Assembly: GCA_977030845.1 (NCBI GenBank)
Contig: OZ365109.1
Span: 61,690,001 to 61,754,000 of the forward strand
Length of the DNA stretch: 64,000 nucleotides
Origin: Fimbriosthenelais zetlandica
Lineage: Eukaryota
Direction of reading: 5' to 3'
A model generated the notes under the pieces. The model worked only from the letters and a program-made list of their open reading frames with translations. It was not told the DNA's origin and did not search any database. Shown piece by piece: positions 31,117-56,700 of this stretch. Each line of letters opens with the position of its first letter. Position 1 is the stretch's first letter. The position numbers were made by a program, and so were the translations under genes.

Positions 31117-32554
31117 CATAGACATAAAGGAGAGGGACCGCTGACTGTGCCTTTGAGCGCGCGAGCTCCCTTTTTCGCAGCGCCACCACCGGGAGTCATA
31201 GGAGAAGCGAAATGACACGCCCTATATGATAGGCGCCTATGATATCTCAGCGCGATTACTCTGATGATTAATCGCTAAGAAAACAACTCGGACACTCAAA
31301 TTCGCTTGAAAAAACACATTTTGATTCCTTATGAACGTATTCCAGTATTAATATTATGTTACAAATAATAGTTTCAAGAAATAATGCTTGTTCAAGTCGC
31401 GATGTCAGTGGTCGAAGGATTATTTTATTCTGTGGGTGAAGCCGTGATCAAACCCGGTTCAAATACCGTTCATTTGTCTCCCCCGTGGGGTAAAATGGGT
31501 AAATTTCGTTTCAAGCCTAATGTAGCTACGCCATGTCTTTCGTGTTTGCTGAGAATAAGTTAATACCACTTTACAAGTGGGTCTATCATTGCTATTGTTA
31601 ACCTGTCATGGGACCTCCCGAGTCGAGGCCATACCACCGGGAGCCCAGGCCAGGCAGGCCTGATAAAATGTAAATTAACCTGCATACATGGCGTCTGAGG
31701 CTAGGCAACTGCTGAATATTTGATAAAAGGGGCGAAACCCCTTTTTCCATAGAGTTAGCACTGAGCGATAGTTCACACTTATGCCGCGGGTGGCGTCGTG
31801 GTACGGTGCGTTATCAGCTCACTCAGGAGCCATTTATGACATTAATTATAGTTCAATTAGGTCAAAATCCAAGATGACAATAGATTAAAAGTGTATCTAC
31901 TTCTGGACATAGAGTTGGAGGTATACAAATGGCTAAATGTTTTATAAATGATGCCTAAAATTTGTTCTCGTTGGATTAGCACTGACGAAAAGGAGTATAA
32001 TACAAAGAGAAATTTATACACTTCGATGGAGTCAAAATACGAAATATGAATAGATAAAATGTATATCAACCTGCATACATGGCGTCTGAGGCTAGGCAAC
32101 TGCTGAATATTTGATAAAAGGGGCGGAAACCCTTTTTCCATCGAGTTAGCATCGAGTAAATGCCAAAATGGGAGTCCCGTCTGCGAGCGTGAGCCGGAAC
32201 GGACAATTAATTTTTCTCCTAAACTTAAGTTGTGGTAAGCCTATGCCCTCAATGGCCTATAGGCTATACCGGTAGGCCTATCAGTGATTTGCCTGTGTTT
32301 TCAGATAAAATCAAGTAGGCTTATAAAATATAGGCCTCCCAATGACGGTAGCCTAGTCCTAGGTCTTCTGTGCTTGGAGTCTCCATGCAGCTATGATGAA
32401 AAATAACTTCTTTTTTCTCGTTCTTTTCGCAGCCTATAGTTCGAGCAGTGAATAAGAGTCAACCAATCAAATACCAGTTTCTAACATCTTCGCGGTGCCT
32501 TTGTATAGGCTTACAAACAACGGAAGCAGCGGTCCCTCTCCTTTAATGTCTATG
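31117..32554. mobile_element. Non-autonomous inverted-repeat element (MITE-like, CATAGAC termini, ~1.44 kb)
   Basis: Left end catagacataaaggagagggaccgctg (31117-31143); right end cagcggtccctctcctttaatgtctatg (32527-32554) is its reverse complement with a 1-nt indel. No long ORF inside. TSD not resolved and superfamily not assigned. Confidence 0.7.
31662..32151. repeat. Near-identical ~99 bp direct repeat inside the element (31662-31760 and 32053-32151)
   Basis: Both copies contain aacctgcatacatggcgtctgaggctaggcaactgctgaatatttgataaaaggggcg..ccttttt ccat.gagttagca with few mismatches; period 391 bp. Confidence 0.9.
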
Positions 32555-32963
32555 CTTGAATGGAAGAATATACTAAGAATCTTCCACTCTAATAAAACCG
32601 ACTTCTAGTTCTCTACTGTTTATAGTGTACCGGTATCCATGTTGTTTTTTTTAAAAAGAAAAATGGTTAAAAGCATTAAAGTGTTTGTTTTCCTGTAATC
32701 AGAGATACTACAACTACTCTCAACGCCTCATTCCTGCGCGGGAAACACTGCTCCAACTGCGAGGCAGTCAATGCTGCCACCAAGCGGAAGTTTCTAAAAA
32801 TAAGTGCGGATCAACGGGTAAACAACTAAAACATTACAACTTTTACCCTTTTTGTCAAGGACTTCCGCCTGGACACATGGGGACCTTTCTGATGACAGAT
32901 TTGATTCTGTTATGACAATTCTCTTGTTATTTCGGTAGTTATAAGGTATAGGCGTCTACATCC

Positions 32964-35900
32964 ATGTTCAAGCGTAAGCTTCATACCTTTATTACTGGTA
33001 TTGTTTACTGCCATAAAACACGGACAGAGTTTGGAAGGACAAGAGGTCATCTCGATTTTTGCCGGGTGAAGCTGAGATTTCTAGCCAGCATGGCTAGTAG
33101 TAGTAGCAAAGACTGTAAGAAACAACCGCCGAAGGTTCAGGTAAATATAGAAAATATTAAGGTCTATGAAAAAATCCCATGTATATTTTCGTTTCTGAGA
33201 AGCAGTGCCCCAGGGCAGAGTCAAGCTGCAATACACATAGGCCTACCGGTAAAACAATTTCAATAGTCAATAGTCAACATGTGGCTCCGCTCGTTATTAA
33301 TATTAGCTTATAATTTATAATATAGATATATAAAGTATAATTATGTGTCCCCTATATCGAAACGAGTGAAACAGCAAAATTTGAAATTCTGGTTACCATA
33401 CGAGCTGCCTCCTTCCTTCCCCTCCATCCCTCCTTGCAATCGAGCCTATTTTTCTCATATAGCCTGATATAGGCCTAGATAACCATTAAACATCATCTGC
33501 GAAATTAAAGTTTGACAATTATTTAATTTATTATTTTCAGACTGGGAAGAAATCAGGAGGTGGGCAACCGGGTACTTTAAGATACCTCAACTATATTCAG
33601 CGTCATGGAGGAGAGTCTAATCTGCCGCCGCCTGGCATCATAGACCTACATGTCATGGGCACAGGCGCTGCAGGAACGCCCCGAGGCATCTTCATAGATA
33701 TGACTCACTTCAGGTTCGCTTCCTCCTCAATATGTGAAAAGTTTTGCCAATAGATCTACATGCGATGGAACACAGGGATTTTATATTTTATTGCGATCGT
33801 AAAATATTTTAAAATAAAGGTTACTTTAATTTGTATTTAAAATTCTATTTTTCCCCTCTCTGGTAGGTACATGTTCAATTGTGGCGAATGCAGTCAGCGG
33901 GTAGCCATGGAACACAAGTGAGTACCAGGCCTAGGATACGTGTTAATACGTGCCTTAGATTAACCTGTCGATGGCAGAATTTTTATGCATTCCCTTTCCA
34001 TCTCTTTCAGGATGAGGATTTCCAAAGTGAAAAATATTTTCATTACTCATAAGAACTGGGACAATCTAGGTGGTCTCTTGGGTATGGCCCTCTCATTGGA
34101 GGGTATAGGTCTACCTGAAATTACGCTTCATGGTCCACCTAAAGTTGTAAGTATCAAATTATTTTTTGTGGTGAATAACTCTACCCAGTCCGCTTATCTT
34201 TTAGTGTCAAATAACCTCTATGACAAAATTAAACATCTCCATTTTCAATTTTTTAGGAAGAAATGCTGACTATGTCTCGTGGATTTTCTCCTTTAAAGAA
34301 TATCAAGATTCGTGAGTATAATCCCTAATTAAATCACGTTGTAGATGTCATATTTTTTGCTTCCTACTCTTAACACGTAAACATTTGTTTGCAGACAAAA
34401 AGGAGATATCGGAGGAGAGGTTTCAGGATAGTGCCATGCAGATCGATTATATCCCACTCTATCCGAGCCCAGGCTTTGATGAAAAACATAATTCTGCATC
34501 TAATGGTAGCGGCCCAGGTTTGTTTGTCTATTGATTATATTTAGCGAAATTCTTAACACTGAAAGAGAAATTAGAGGAAAGGTACGTATCTTATTTGAAG
34601 AATATAGATTTATATAGTAAGAATATCTATAAATTTTGTATTATGTGTATCTCTTTATGTTTCAGCCTCCAAACGAAGAAGAATTCATTATGAGGATGAC
34701 ATGTCAGTCGTTTATTTATGTAAGGTAAGGGCTGTGTGGTTAGCTTGAATTGAGAGTTGAGTTAAGACTGAATAAAACGGTGACCATTTTTCGCTAGTAT
34801 TAATATTATCTTCCGTATTTCAGCCATACCCTAAACCACGAAGTCTGGACTTAGAGAAAGCTGTAGATTTGGGCGTTCCCAGGTAAATTTTAGCTTTACC
34901 TATTACCTTAGTCAATAGTGATACCAAGTAGGCCTATACTGACTTCGTGAATATTGGAGTTTAGGTTGAGGAGATATGTTCTGATGTTATAAATAATTTC
35001 AGGGGACCATACCTTGGGAAATTGAAAGCGGGGGAAACTATCACTCTGGAGGACGGAAAACTTGTACGTATCAATATTAATATAATAAAATATGATTTCA
35101 AAGCATTTGCACTATCAAAATTAATTAATATAATACTATTTTAGAACGATTGCACTATACCCAAACTGACTTTTCATAATAAATTATAATAAAGTATTTT
35201 CCTTATAATCATATTACATTAAAATGCGAGTTAACTTGAGAAACTAAATGAGTATAGATCATTAGGGTGTAATAAAGCTTATCGTTTTAGGTGACTCCAG
35301 ATGAAGTTCTCTCTGATCCGGAACCAAACCACCCCTTCCTTGGTGCGTATTTCCTAGTTGTAGAATATTTATTCCAGGAGTCATTTTTCATTAGCCAATA
35401 CTCATTCTGTTGCGCCTGTCTTTAATTGAAAAATTAATGATATACCTTACTAATTTGAATCTAAGATCCATTTAACATTTATTCCAGTGTTGGAGGTACC
35501 TAGCCTTGCCTATTTAGATCCGCTACTAAGTAATGAGAGGCTAAAGGAGATTCAGGAGCAACGTGATGGCGACGCCCCCCAACTTATAGTACACTATACG
35601 CCCAGTGAGATCCTTACCCTTCCAGAGTACCAAAAGTGGATGAATGGGTAAGGAGATTGCAATAATGAATAGTAAATAGACCGCTGTTTAAGGGAATAAA
35701 ATAAATTCCTGGAATTATGCCTACTTAATTTACTTAACTCATAGATCTGTCAGTATTTTCATTCATCTCATATGATTTCAGGTTCAGCCCAGAGACGCAG
35801 CATTTAGTGCTGAATTCCGCTGGCTCACGAGTCTGTCAGATTGCCCCTTACGAGGTCCAAGCCTGGCTTAACCAGGTCCACTCAGGCATATTCCCTCTCC

Positions 35901-38900
35901 TCGCCGACCAAACAGACCAAGTTAGGGTAAGTTTATATAACCTGTAACTTGATAATAAGATTAAAATAATTCACTTACCCAATATATGGCCCCTACATAC
36001 ATCTACATGAATAGTTACATAGGGCTGGATCTTGTATATATTTTATTATTACTAACGTCGTATTGAGCTGCAATTTGGAACATAAAATGAAAATCTTTTG
36101 TAGAAAATAAGTGAAGAAGAATCCTCAAAGATCGTGTATGGAGAGACATGTTTGCGATATGCACTCCGAGGTGGAAACTCGACAGAGAAAGGTTTCTATA
36201 AGTGAGTAGAGACCGCTATCTCCCAGTTCTACTTTCGTATTCGAATCTATTCAATTATGTTGGTGTGCAGATGGGTATGAATTTTGCTTCATACATGACA
36301 TTGTATTATGGTTGTACATAATTAATTTACCACCATTCTTCAGGAATCAGTGTCTGACACTGGAAACTGAGCAGCTGTTGGCCAACCCAGATGTACTGAC
36401 TATTCGAGACCCTCAGGAGGTGTACAGAAAAATAGAAGAAGTAACAGTAAAATTAAAAGAAGCTAACAAGCCTGGTAAGTTTATAATTCAAATTTCCTTA
36501 TAGAGGTCTTCATGTTGGGTTATGTACTAATTGTCTTCTACAGTAGTACATGTCCATAGTATCAATTTTTCCCAGTATTTCAAGAAACTCGTTTTCCAAA
36601 TAGGAAATAAAAATATCTTTGTTTTGCAGATGAAACCAATGGTGCCTACCCTGAAATGTTATTCCTTGGTACCGGTTCTTCTATTCCAAATAAAATTAGA
36701 AACGTCAGTGCTATCCTAGTCCATACCAGGTTAGTAGGTTTTAGAGTGCTCCATTTCAAATAAATGATTTATTGTTCTCGGAAATGTAAAACCACAAAGA
36801 AATTGAACATTATTGCAATATATTGTTATTACAGTGAAGATAGCTGTATCCTATTAGACTGTGGTGAGGGCACCTACAGCCAGCTTTGTCATTTCTACGG
36901 AGACCAAGTGGATAGGGTACTCAGAAACCTGAGAGCTGTCTATATTTCACATCTTCATGCCGACCATCACATGGTAAATATAATTATATATCATTATGAA
37001 ATAAAATTATCCGATATCCAGAACTCATTCAGATATAAAAGTACAAAATCCTGAACTACATGTATATTGAAATTCTGGAAGAATAGAGAAGAGTAGAGAA
37101 TATTTCCCTTATCCACTATTATATAGCAAACCTGGGTTTGTATAGGTACTTTATATTATTGTTACATTTTTCAGGGTTTAATAGGGGTAGTCCAGGCCCG
37201 GGAGAGAGCTCTGGCAGCAGCAGGACAAACCTCAGAACCGTTGCACCTGATTGTTACTTGGTTCTTTAATAAATTCATAGAAGCAACTCATGAGAGATTA
37301 ATTCCAATCTCTGATAAAATCAAGTAAGTATTTAGTGAAAGATATACTAATATACTTTTGATGAGCATAGCCTCCGGTCAAACACCATTCCAACCTCAAA
37401 ATATAAGATACTTTTTTCGATTTTATAATTTGTATATCTTTTTTCTCAGTTTGGTACCTGTCGAATATTTCATCAAACCAGAAGAAATTGAGAAAAGAAA
37501 GTCAACATGTGAACAGCTTCTGCAGGAATTAAACTTCAGTAAGGTCTGTAAATAAATCTTCCCCTCTCTGCAACATTAAGTCTACCCTGATATCATCCCT
37601 CATATATAGACATTTGTATTCTTAAAAGCTACATGTATAGTAGTTAGTTATACTATGTAGTTACCTACTAAAAAAGGGATCATGCTCTTCAAATGTACCC
37701 CCGATGTACGAAGGGAATTTTGGTTTATTATCTAAAGCCTCTTTATTCGTTTGTAGATTGCTTTTGTGAGAATGCTGCACCCTCAGCATCCATATGGCAT
37801 CGCTATCACCCACTGCGATGGCTGGAAACTGGCTTATTCTGGTGACACCATGCCTTGTGATAACTTCATTGACATAGGTAAAATGATTTTCCAGAGTTAC
37901 TTACTTCATACTTTATTTAGAATTAATCCTAAAAGGTAATAATATAATGTACCGGTAGTGGCAAAGAAGGGAGTGAAATCATTAAGAGAGTATATTGTCA
38001 GGTTGAACTTTGATTGGTTTATAGGACGGGAGTGTGATATCCTGATACACGAGGCCACTATGGAAGACGACCTTATACAAGATGCTAAAGACAAGAAACA
38101 TAGGTACTAAAATTAATTGATCTGAAACTATCTAACCAGATATTCATTCGTGGATAAGTAGAAATACAAGAACTCAGGATGTTTTTTTTAATTTAAAGTT
38201 ATCAAAAATGTTATTTCGAATACAGAGGCGAGACATTTAAAATATTTGATAATTTCATTCCAAACACTTGCGGCCCTAGATACATCGAAGCGCAAAATCT
38301 TTGTATACTATTATGCATGGGGTCCTTCTATCTGTATGCCTACTTGGTATAGTTCCAGAACGTATTCAATGGTACCTACACAAATACTTTTGCGCATAGG
38401 AGGTTTTGCGTTTCGGCTATTGAATCACTGTCATATTCTAAATTATTTTAAGTTGAAACTGTTTTGCCTAAAGACAAAATGTGTTTTACTCAAATTAGAA
38501 GGCGACGATGTTCTTTTTTTATTGAATCTTTCATGTATAATTTTGCATCGTCTCAATTATTTTCAGTACCACATCACAGGCTATAGATATAGGTATGAGA
38601 ATGGAGGCTAAGTTCATCCTACTCACTCACTTCAGCCAGAGATATGCCAAACTTCCCCGCTTCAATGCCAAGTTTACTGATAAAGTCGGCATTGCCTTTG
38701 ACAACATGAAGGTGTGTATATATTTTAGCATAGCTGTTAATATTTTTATTCCAAATCTAATTACTTAAATACAACATTTTAGAGCTTCAAATTTTTAAGA
38801 TGATTGAGAAAGCTGTATTGAGATGTATTTTCTGTTGTAGGTATGTCGGAGAGACCTTCCTCTCTTACCACTCTTAATGCCTGCCCTCCAAGCCTTGTTT

Positions 38901-39011
38901 CAAGAGGAACTTGATGACATGGAGAAACGTACACAGAAGCACCTCCGTAACAAAAAATCCAAGACAGCCATTAAAATCATAGAGAAAAGCCAGTCTACCC
39001 AATCCCAATAG
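32964..39011 (+). CDS. ELAC2: Ribonuclease Z, long form (tRNase ZL; ~22 exons)
   Basis: Exon 1 is 32964-33140. Motifs: [27 protein letters not shown] (N-terminal pseudo-motif), [38 protein letters not shown] (catalytic HxHxDH), [28 protein letters not shown]. Stop TAG at 39009-39011. Confidence 0.95.
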
Positions 39012-39249
39012 CCGTAGCTAATTTAGTAGGTAATGCATTATTCTAATTCCTTATAGACATAAGCTTTTCATCTATAAATGTATAGATTAAGAATAGATAT
39101 AGATTAAGAAAAATTCCACCTCCTACTCGTGTTGGCAATGGCTTGAATATGGAGGCCTTTTTCCTGATAATTAATATTTTTGATACAATGCCATAACAAT
39201 AAAACAACAATCCCGGCGTAACTAAATCGATGTGTTCAGCACATCATTC

Positions 39250-49622
<10,373 letters not shown>

Positions 49623-52600
49623 TTTATGGATGCTCAATTACTGCAATAACTGCAGTGCGACTGGATCGTGATACAAAATGTAGTTAAATGGATCTATACA
49701 TTAGTCACCTGCAACAGTTATGCACAGGGTAGGGATTCACACTAGGATGATTCCCCTGACCTCTGGGAATATTGCCACCAAATATTACTACTCACCACTG
49801 TGACCAGGGGCACTCAGAAGCAAAGTGGATCCCGACAACCAAAACCATACATCAAAAGACTTCCAAAGAGTAAAACTATTTAATCCTGAATGTGCATATG
49901 AGTCGGTGAGATGCCAGTTAAATTGTCTGGATATCAACTACCGGTATTGTATACTTTCACAATCGGGCTCCTCCACTATAGTGCGAGTGCTTGCGAATGT
50001 TTTGAGAATATATGTATACGTTCGAATTAAGCGCGAATATCGCAGCAAAAAAGGAAGTGAATGCTTGCGACGTACGATTGACCTTTGGAAGCATTCTCTT
50101 GTAGCTCCCCCACCTCCTCCAACATTCGCATGAGAAAAAACATGACACACATTCACGCATCAACGCATCAACCTATTAAGCACATATATTATTTTTTCAG
50201 GTCTTTACTAATTTACCTGGGTGCCCCTCGACAGTGTCGCTTTTCAGGGACACCCAGAGTTATTTGTTTCACACATAGGTTAATATTATATTGGATGGAG
50301 AAAAAACAGATGAGCTGATGAGATGAGATGAGGTGAGACCATTTAGGCAACATGAATTAACGGAAGGTATAATAAAGAGAAGATAATTCAAATATATAGG
50401 GAAATTACATGAGTGACGAGTCAATCACTGGGGAAGGATTCTGATAGAAAAAATATATTTTCAAAGATGAAGTAAATTAATTGTGAGATCTAGTGGGAAC
50501 TTGTTTCCTCAAGCTGATTCATTAGTGCCCTCACGCGGGGAATACTCACACTAAATTAAGAGTTCTCTCTCTATACCTACCCCGCTCCTCATTCAAATTC
50601 CTTGTCACTCTCACATGCTCAAATTACCCATTTTTTCCCACAATGACACTTATTTTATCCTTCACAATCAATCACAATACACTTTTATCAAATGAACTTT
50701 TATTGCCCCAGCTTGCCTAACATCTCTTCTCTCGGTTTTGGTGCGTTAATGATAATAATTATTCAAAAGGTATTTATCAGTAACTTCAAAAGACATCGAG
50801 CTATAATACATAATTATTTCATGTGATTAAAATAACTTTCACAATGAAAGAACGGTACACTAAAGTGAGAAACAGAGGCTTCCAAAATTTGGCTTTTATT
50901 GTAAGGATAATCAATTTGACATTTCCATTTTTGAATTATAGCTCCCAAAAAAGAGCACATACCCCCAAAATATTAATATATTCTGACAAGCTAATTTATT
51001 ATGTACAGTTCCAAGTAAATATTGCATACAGATTTATCAGAGGTGTATATATAATACTTTCACTCAAAATAGTATCCTACATATCCGTATGTATTCTTTA
51101 ACAATTAAAAAATTTGATTATTTGCGAGTAAACTTTTTTATAACTAAAAACTGAAATTCTAAACGACCTTCATGTACATGGCAGTTATTATTTCTTTTTT
51201 TCAAAATACCCCACTCGCTCAGATCTACCCCCAATATAAACTTGTTATGTCTTAACCAAAAAACAATTGGCTCGAGTAGATAAAACAACGCTACAATAAT
51301 TACTGTGATTGCATAAAACAGCCAAAAAGGTTAAGAATGAATTGAAATTTCCCTTTTAGTAGTTCCGCTCTGGGTATCCAATAGTATCCTACTGATGTTA
51401 TATACAAGATTGAGTTGGGGCTACACGGTTTTCAATTGTACACCCCCTTTCATGCAACCCGTGAAATAACTTTATTTGATGGGAAGATTCACTTAGTATT
51501 GGTTGAATTGGTTCAATATTGACTGCCCCAAATGTACAGGGTGATTTTTATCCATGACCTCAGAATTAATTTGTAGTTATAAAGAATATTTGAACCCCGA
51601 TGCATTATTAGTATGGTACATACAGACTAACTGATCCTGATGCCAAGACAGTAGACCTGGTAATATTTCGTCACGTGAACATATTCATCAACCAATTTGT
51701 ACAATATTTTGCTCATATAAATTCCGTATTCGCAGTATTCGGGTCCATTTTAAGAGATTTCGGACCTCTCCTTCTTGGACGCTCTTAATGCAAAATTCAT
51801 TACACGAAGACTATAATGATTTTTACACAGTAAAACCAGTAATAACCTAATAGATATAACAGCACGGGAAGGCCAGGGATACAGATAATAGCAATTCGTG
51901 AAATTCTGATTTGTACAAATGTTTAGATAAATATTGTTCTCGTTTATACAATCAATTTTCGAAGCTACGGTTCTTTACTAGTGAAGAACATACGTTATAC
52001 TGCGCAAGCGGACAAAACATGGGTGGAATTATACTATTGGACTATACTGTGTCGAGTAACTCGATACACAAGACAACTGCTGACAACAATAGACTATTTA
52101 TAAACTATCAATATAGGGTTTAAACAAGTATAATCTTTATATATAAGACTTTTTTTAAATGAAGCCTATGCACTGACTGTATAGGAATACAAGAGTGACC
52201 AAATAAAAAGTAGAAATGTACAAGAACAGAAAACTAAGCACCCTTTTGCAAATATCAGGAACACAGATGTATAGGGTGAAGTACCCTCCATTAATGCGGG
52301 TTTCGATTTAGCGGTATATTAAGGACGTTGTATAAAACGTTGGATAGAAAATGGGGTCCACAAGAGTCAGACACGAAAAAACCCAAATTCCTTTACCCTA
52401 TGCTATCATAAAATATAAGATATTGTGACGAATGCGAAGAATATAATATAAAGTAAACTACCTTAAAATGACACTTTTATAATGATACGGCAAAGAATAC
52501 ATTCCACCCATAAAAACCGTGTACTAAAAATTAAATAGCTTGGACAGGTAGGCCTACACGTAATGCAGACATTAGGTAATCTACACTACACAATTTTTGT

Positions 52601-53733
52601 ACTAACAAAGGAAATTCAATGAAAAAGTATAATATAAAAGCTATATGAATTATGAATTAATATTCACTTGAACGAAAAAAAGGTACTTCCCAAAGAAGAT
52701 ATTCGTAACAATGGTGAGAGTAGTAAAGTCAAAATACTAATTCCAATAACAAAGCAATGAACTAAAATTATTTTAAAACTACACTAAGCCATAATTGTCG
52801 GTCACTTTGCACTTCAAATGGATACAACTGACGATCCTCGAAGAGTACATTACATATATTACACGGCAAATGTTCATACTTGTAGTAGGGAACACCAATT
52901 TAGGGTATAAAGCAGACTGGACATGACATATAATCTTAAGGGTAATTTAGCATAAAATAAGCGCAGATATAGAACATGTTCACCTCAAACCTCGACGTCA
53001 CCGCTGATTTAATCAAAGAGTACTTTTACTTGTGTTTGAATGATAACTATATTCCTAAACTAAAATAAACTACTGGGATTGTGTTGCATGTTCAGAGTAC
53101 AATATATTAACGACTGCTGCCACCAATGGTCACATCATTTTAATGTGACCAGATTTTATTTCATCTTTCTCCCTATACATTATTAACAACAGTTGTGCAG
53201 GGATGCCTCAATTTTAGAAAAAAAATTATATTATTAATGCGGTTAAAATAATGATGATTATTTACTTGATTTAATTCTCATTCCATATACATGTATTTAC
53301 ACATTATACATTTTGTTTTTTCAATTTCCACCTATTTATGTAAATTTAACTGAACTGTGAGAAAAATTGCATCCCTGCTCTGTAGCCCATTGGGAGGTGC
53401 CTACAAGGGACAATATTCAAAAGGATTTATAAGCGTATAAGACGCTGTATCTAATATATATATTATATATAGACAGCCAGTATTTAGGGCACTTGTGTAC
53501 ATAGTAAGTGACAATACATTAATGAGGGCATTATCAGGACTTTCTGCTCTCTTCTGACTGTTTATAGTCCCCAGTGGAATTTTATAAGCACTAAAAAGGG
53601 AAGTCATACTAATCATAGCGGGGACTGAATGCCCTTGACATTCACACCTAGTGATTAATGTATATATATATGACCTGCAACCTGGCATTTGTTCTGTTGT
53701 TGTTGCTGATGTAGTCGCTGTCCATCCCTCCAT

Positions 53734-56700
53734 TTAGTCTCCATTCTCCATTTCCGCTCTTAACTCGTCCTGACATTGCATGATAAGGTCACGTAATTCA
53801 ATCAGTAGGTGATTCTTGGCTCCATGAGTGACTTTCAAGATGTCTTCAGCCTAAAATTATTTAAAAACGATTGTTAACTCATCGGGGACCTCCTTCTACA
53901 TAGAATTGGTGGATGTGAAAATTTTGGTCAGAAAATTATATTAGTAGCTTACAGTGGTTGCCTTTTCGATCAATTATAAAACATTATGTTAACAACTGAA
54001 GCATCCAGGCTCCGAGTTGAACATTCACAAATTTGATGATGTATTATTTTTGTCTGCACATACCTGCATTAAAGCCCTGAGGGCGTCCTGATGGAGCTGG
54101 AGATAGAGCTGTAACTTGCCGACCTTCATCAACTGGAGGCCGACGTTTGGATGGTATGGTGGATATAGGCGCCTAAATAAGAAGATAATTTATAATATAC
54201 ATGGCATAACATACTACTTTACAAAAATATACAGATTTATAAACAATGCCACTTATTGCTTTGAAGTAATTAAACTGACTAGACAAGAATGAAGAATCTT
54301 AATTTCGGATCTATATTGTGGGGAAAACAGGTGGGTCTTTTATAAGTAACGTTTGTCCGTTTAAAGTGGTGGGAAATTGTTGATATTTGACATATAGAGT
54401 AGGGATATTGTGTATACCTGTATGGTTCTATGGTTTCCATGCCATACTCCAGGGCGCGCTGCCAATGTTGGAGGTCAAGGCAGGCATCAAGGGCCTTGTC
54501 AAGCACCCTCACTCTGTAAACATTGAGAGGGTGGAGGAGGGAAGCTTGGTGACCGAAACACTCCTCACAAGCTGCCAGAACGCCAGCTGCGTCTGCAAAT
54601 AAATTTTTACAAAATGTTTTTAAAAAAAATACAATTCTGGTTAGTTAGACATTATATTATATTGAAACATCTATATTGCGAAGGCGACTTTACACACATT
54701 TACGGTATCTTATGCACTCACCGTTCGACTTCTGTAAAGTTTTGATCTGTTCCAATGCTTCTTTCGATTGTGCCACTGCCAGTTCTACTCTGACAACAAA
54801 TTCTTCATCTCCAATATTACCACATTGTGAGCAGGGTGGGTAACGACCATCTAGAAGGAAAAGCAAGTATACAAGAAACAATACAAAACAGAACTTGTCT
54901 AGAAAAAATGTATAAGATTTATTTTGCATCGGCGAGAAAACTATAATCTAGTTATAAGAAATTCAATTTAAAGAAAAAATGTTCACTCAGGTTCTTTTTC
55001 GATTAAAATATGTATCTTGACTTCAACTGAACTGTTCAACGTTACTCACTTCTTTTCAATGTCAGTGGAGGTTCACATCTGTTTGGGCATCGAGCACTGA
55101 CCATCATAATGTCCTACAACAGAGATAAAAAAATATTTTGTGTGATAGGAAAATCATTATAATTAATACATATGCCCAAGTTAATGGGGTAAAAGAGTAG
55201 TTCAATTAATATTGATATCCCAAATTATTAGAAGTGAATGAATGAATAGGTACTAAAACAAACAAAAAGCCGAAGTATATACAATTTCAGCTTACCAGTT
55301 CATCATCTAAACACATCACACAATCACAGTCGAAGTAATATTGCTGGTACAACTGTTCCTTTCGTTCTTTCGACGTGGCAAGTTGGTCGATATAACTGAT
55401 ATACACCTGCAACAGAAAAAAAACACCACTATTACCGGCTACTGCGAGTTTTTATTTTACTGGGAAGATTTATTCAAAGGATTAAAAATATATCAGATAA
55501 TTACCCTCGCTAAATGTACCCATGGTTAAAATAATCAACTAGCCACCACGATTACTAGTAATCATTAATAATCCCATTTCCCCTGCCAGAATAAGCTTTA
55601 AAAATACACTAAGCCATTATAATATCATCATGACATATCCAGGAGAGTTTTACAAGGCAGCCTCACACCTCAATGATTAACCTCGTGAAATCAGGCAGCG
55701 TTTAACTTTAGAGATCAATTATTTAGTTGCATTACCAAGAATTCTGATGATTCATATAGAACATAATTATAGAATTAATTTATAGGAATAGACTGAAGGC
55801 AATTATCTATCTCCTGTCCAGGTCGCCAATTACAACCAGCCTAAAACTTGTGTACACAACAAAGACCCTCTTTGAGAGAAAAATGTGTATTGAGAGGCAG
55901 ACTGAAAGTTATAGATGAGTACCAAAAAAACATACTTAAAACCTTAATATTTACATAAAAACTTAATATATAAGTCATCGTTTCTTAATGCCTGTTACTC
56001 TATAGTAAAATACACTTTGAAATTTAAATAGTTCAAAAATTCACATTTTGACATAATTCCTCATGCAAGGACTAAGTGCTTTCCAAACATAGACAAAGTA
56101 AAATCTTTAGTTCTAGGCCCATAGACACACCTAAATCCATCTTTTTGTAATTCCTATTCCACTATGTGTAAAGTGAACATTTTCAAACTTCTGTCTAGAC
56201 TCTTGTCTCTAAGCAAAGTACTGGTACTTAACTGCTATAACAACACAGCCTCCTAGCCCTCTATTCTAATCCTCCAGTCTTGCACCCACCCACCATTCTG
56301 ACCTGCTGCCATGGCAACAACAGAGTTTCCTCCTAGACTTGACCACAACACCTCTAAGCATACACACCAGTCAGGGTCTCCCCCTAGACTTGACCACAAA
56401 CCCCTTGGCTATATATAATTCTGTTGGATAATCACTTATTGTGTCAAAGTAATCAATTTCAGGCTAATGTTTTTAAATATGAGAGAACAAAACTAAACTC
56501 TTGATAGGTATTACAAATTGTAGATTTAGATATTCTCTATCTTATACTTAATTTAATTCTCTCAGTGCCATGAGGCATATAAGTTTCACTGTTACATGTG
56601 GACTCAAATGCTTCAATTACCAGAGATGTGTCATTGCTTTCATTAAAAAGAAGCTGAACATTTCATTGTGCAATCAATCTTCTCATAAAATAGATGCCAT

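Noticed and set aside
49825-50318. Overlapping short ORFs upstream of the ABCC gene
   Set aside because: They overlap a repeat-like tract (gcgagtgcttgcgaat / gaatgcttgcgacg) and have no coding signature.
51600-52900. Hydrophobic coding-like fragments (for example IILVHCFVIGISILTLLLSPLL on the minus strand)
   Set aside because: Interrupted by stops and a frameshift, lacking consistent splice sites; AT-rich DNA readily yields such peptides.
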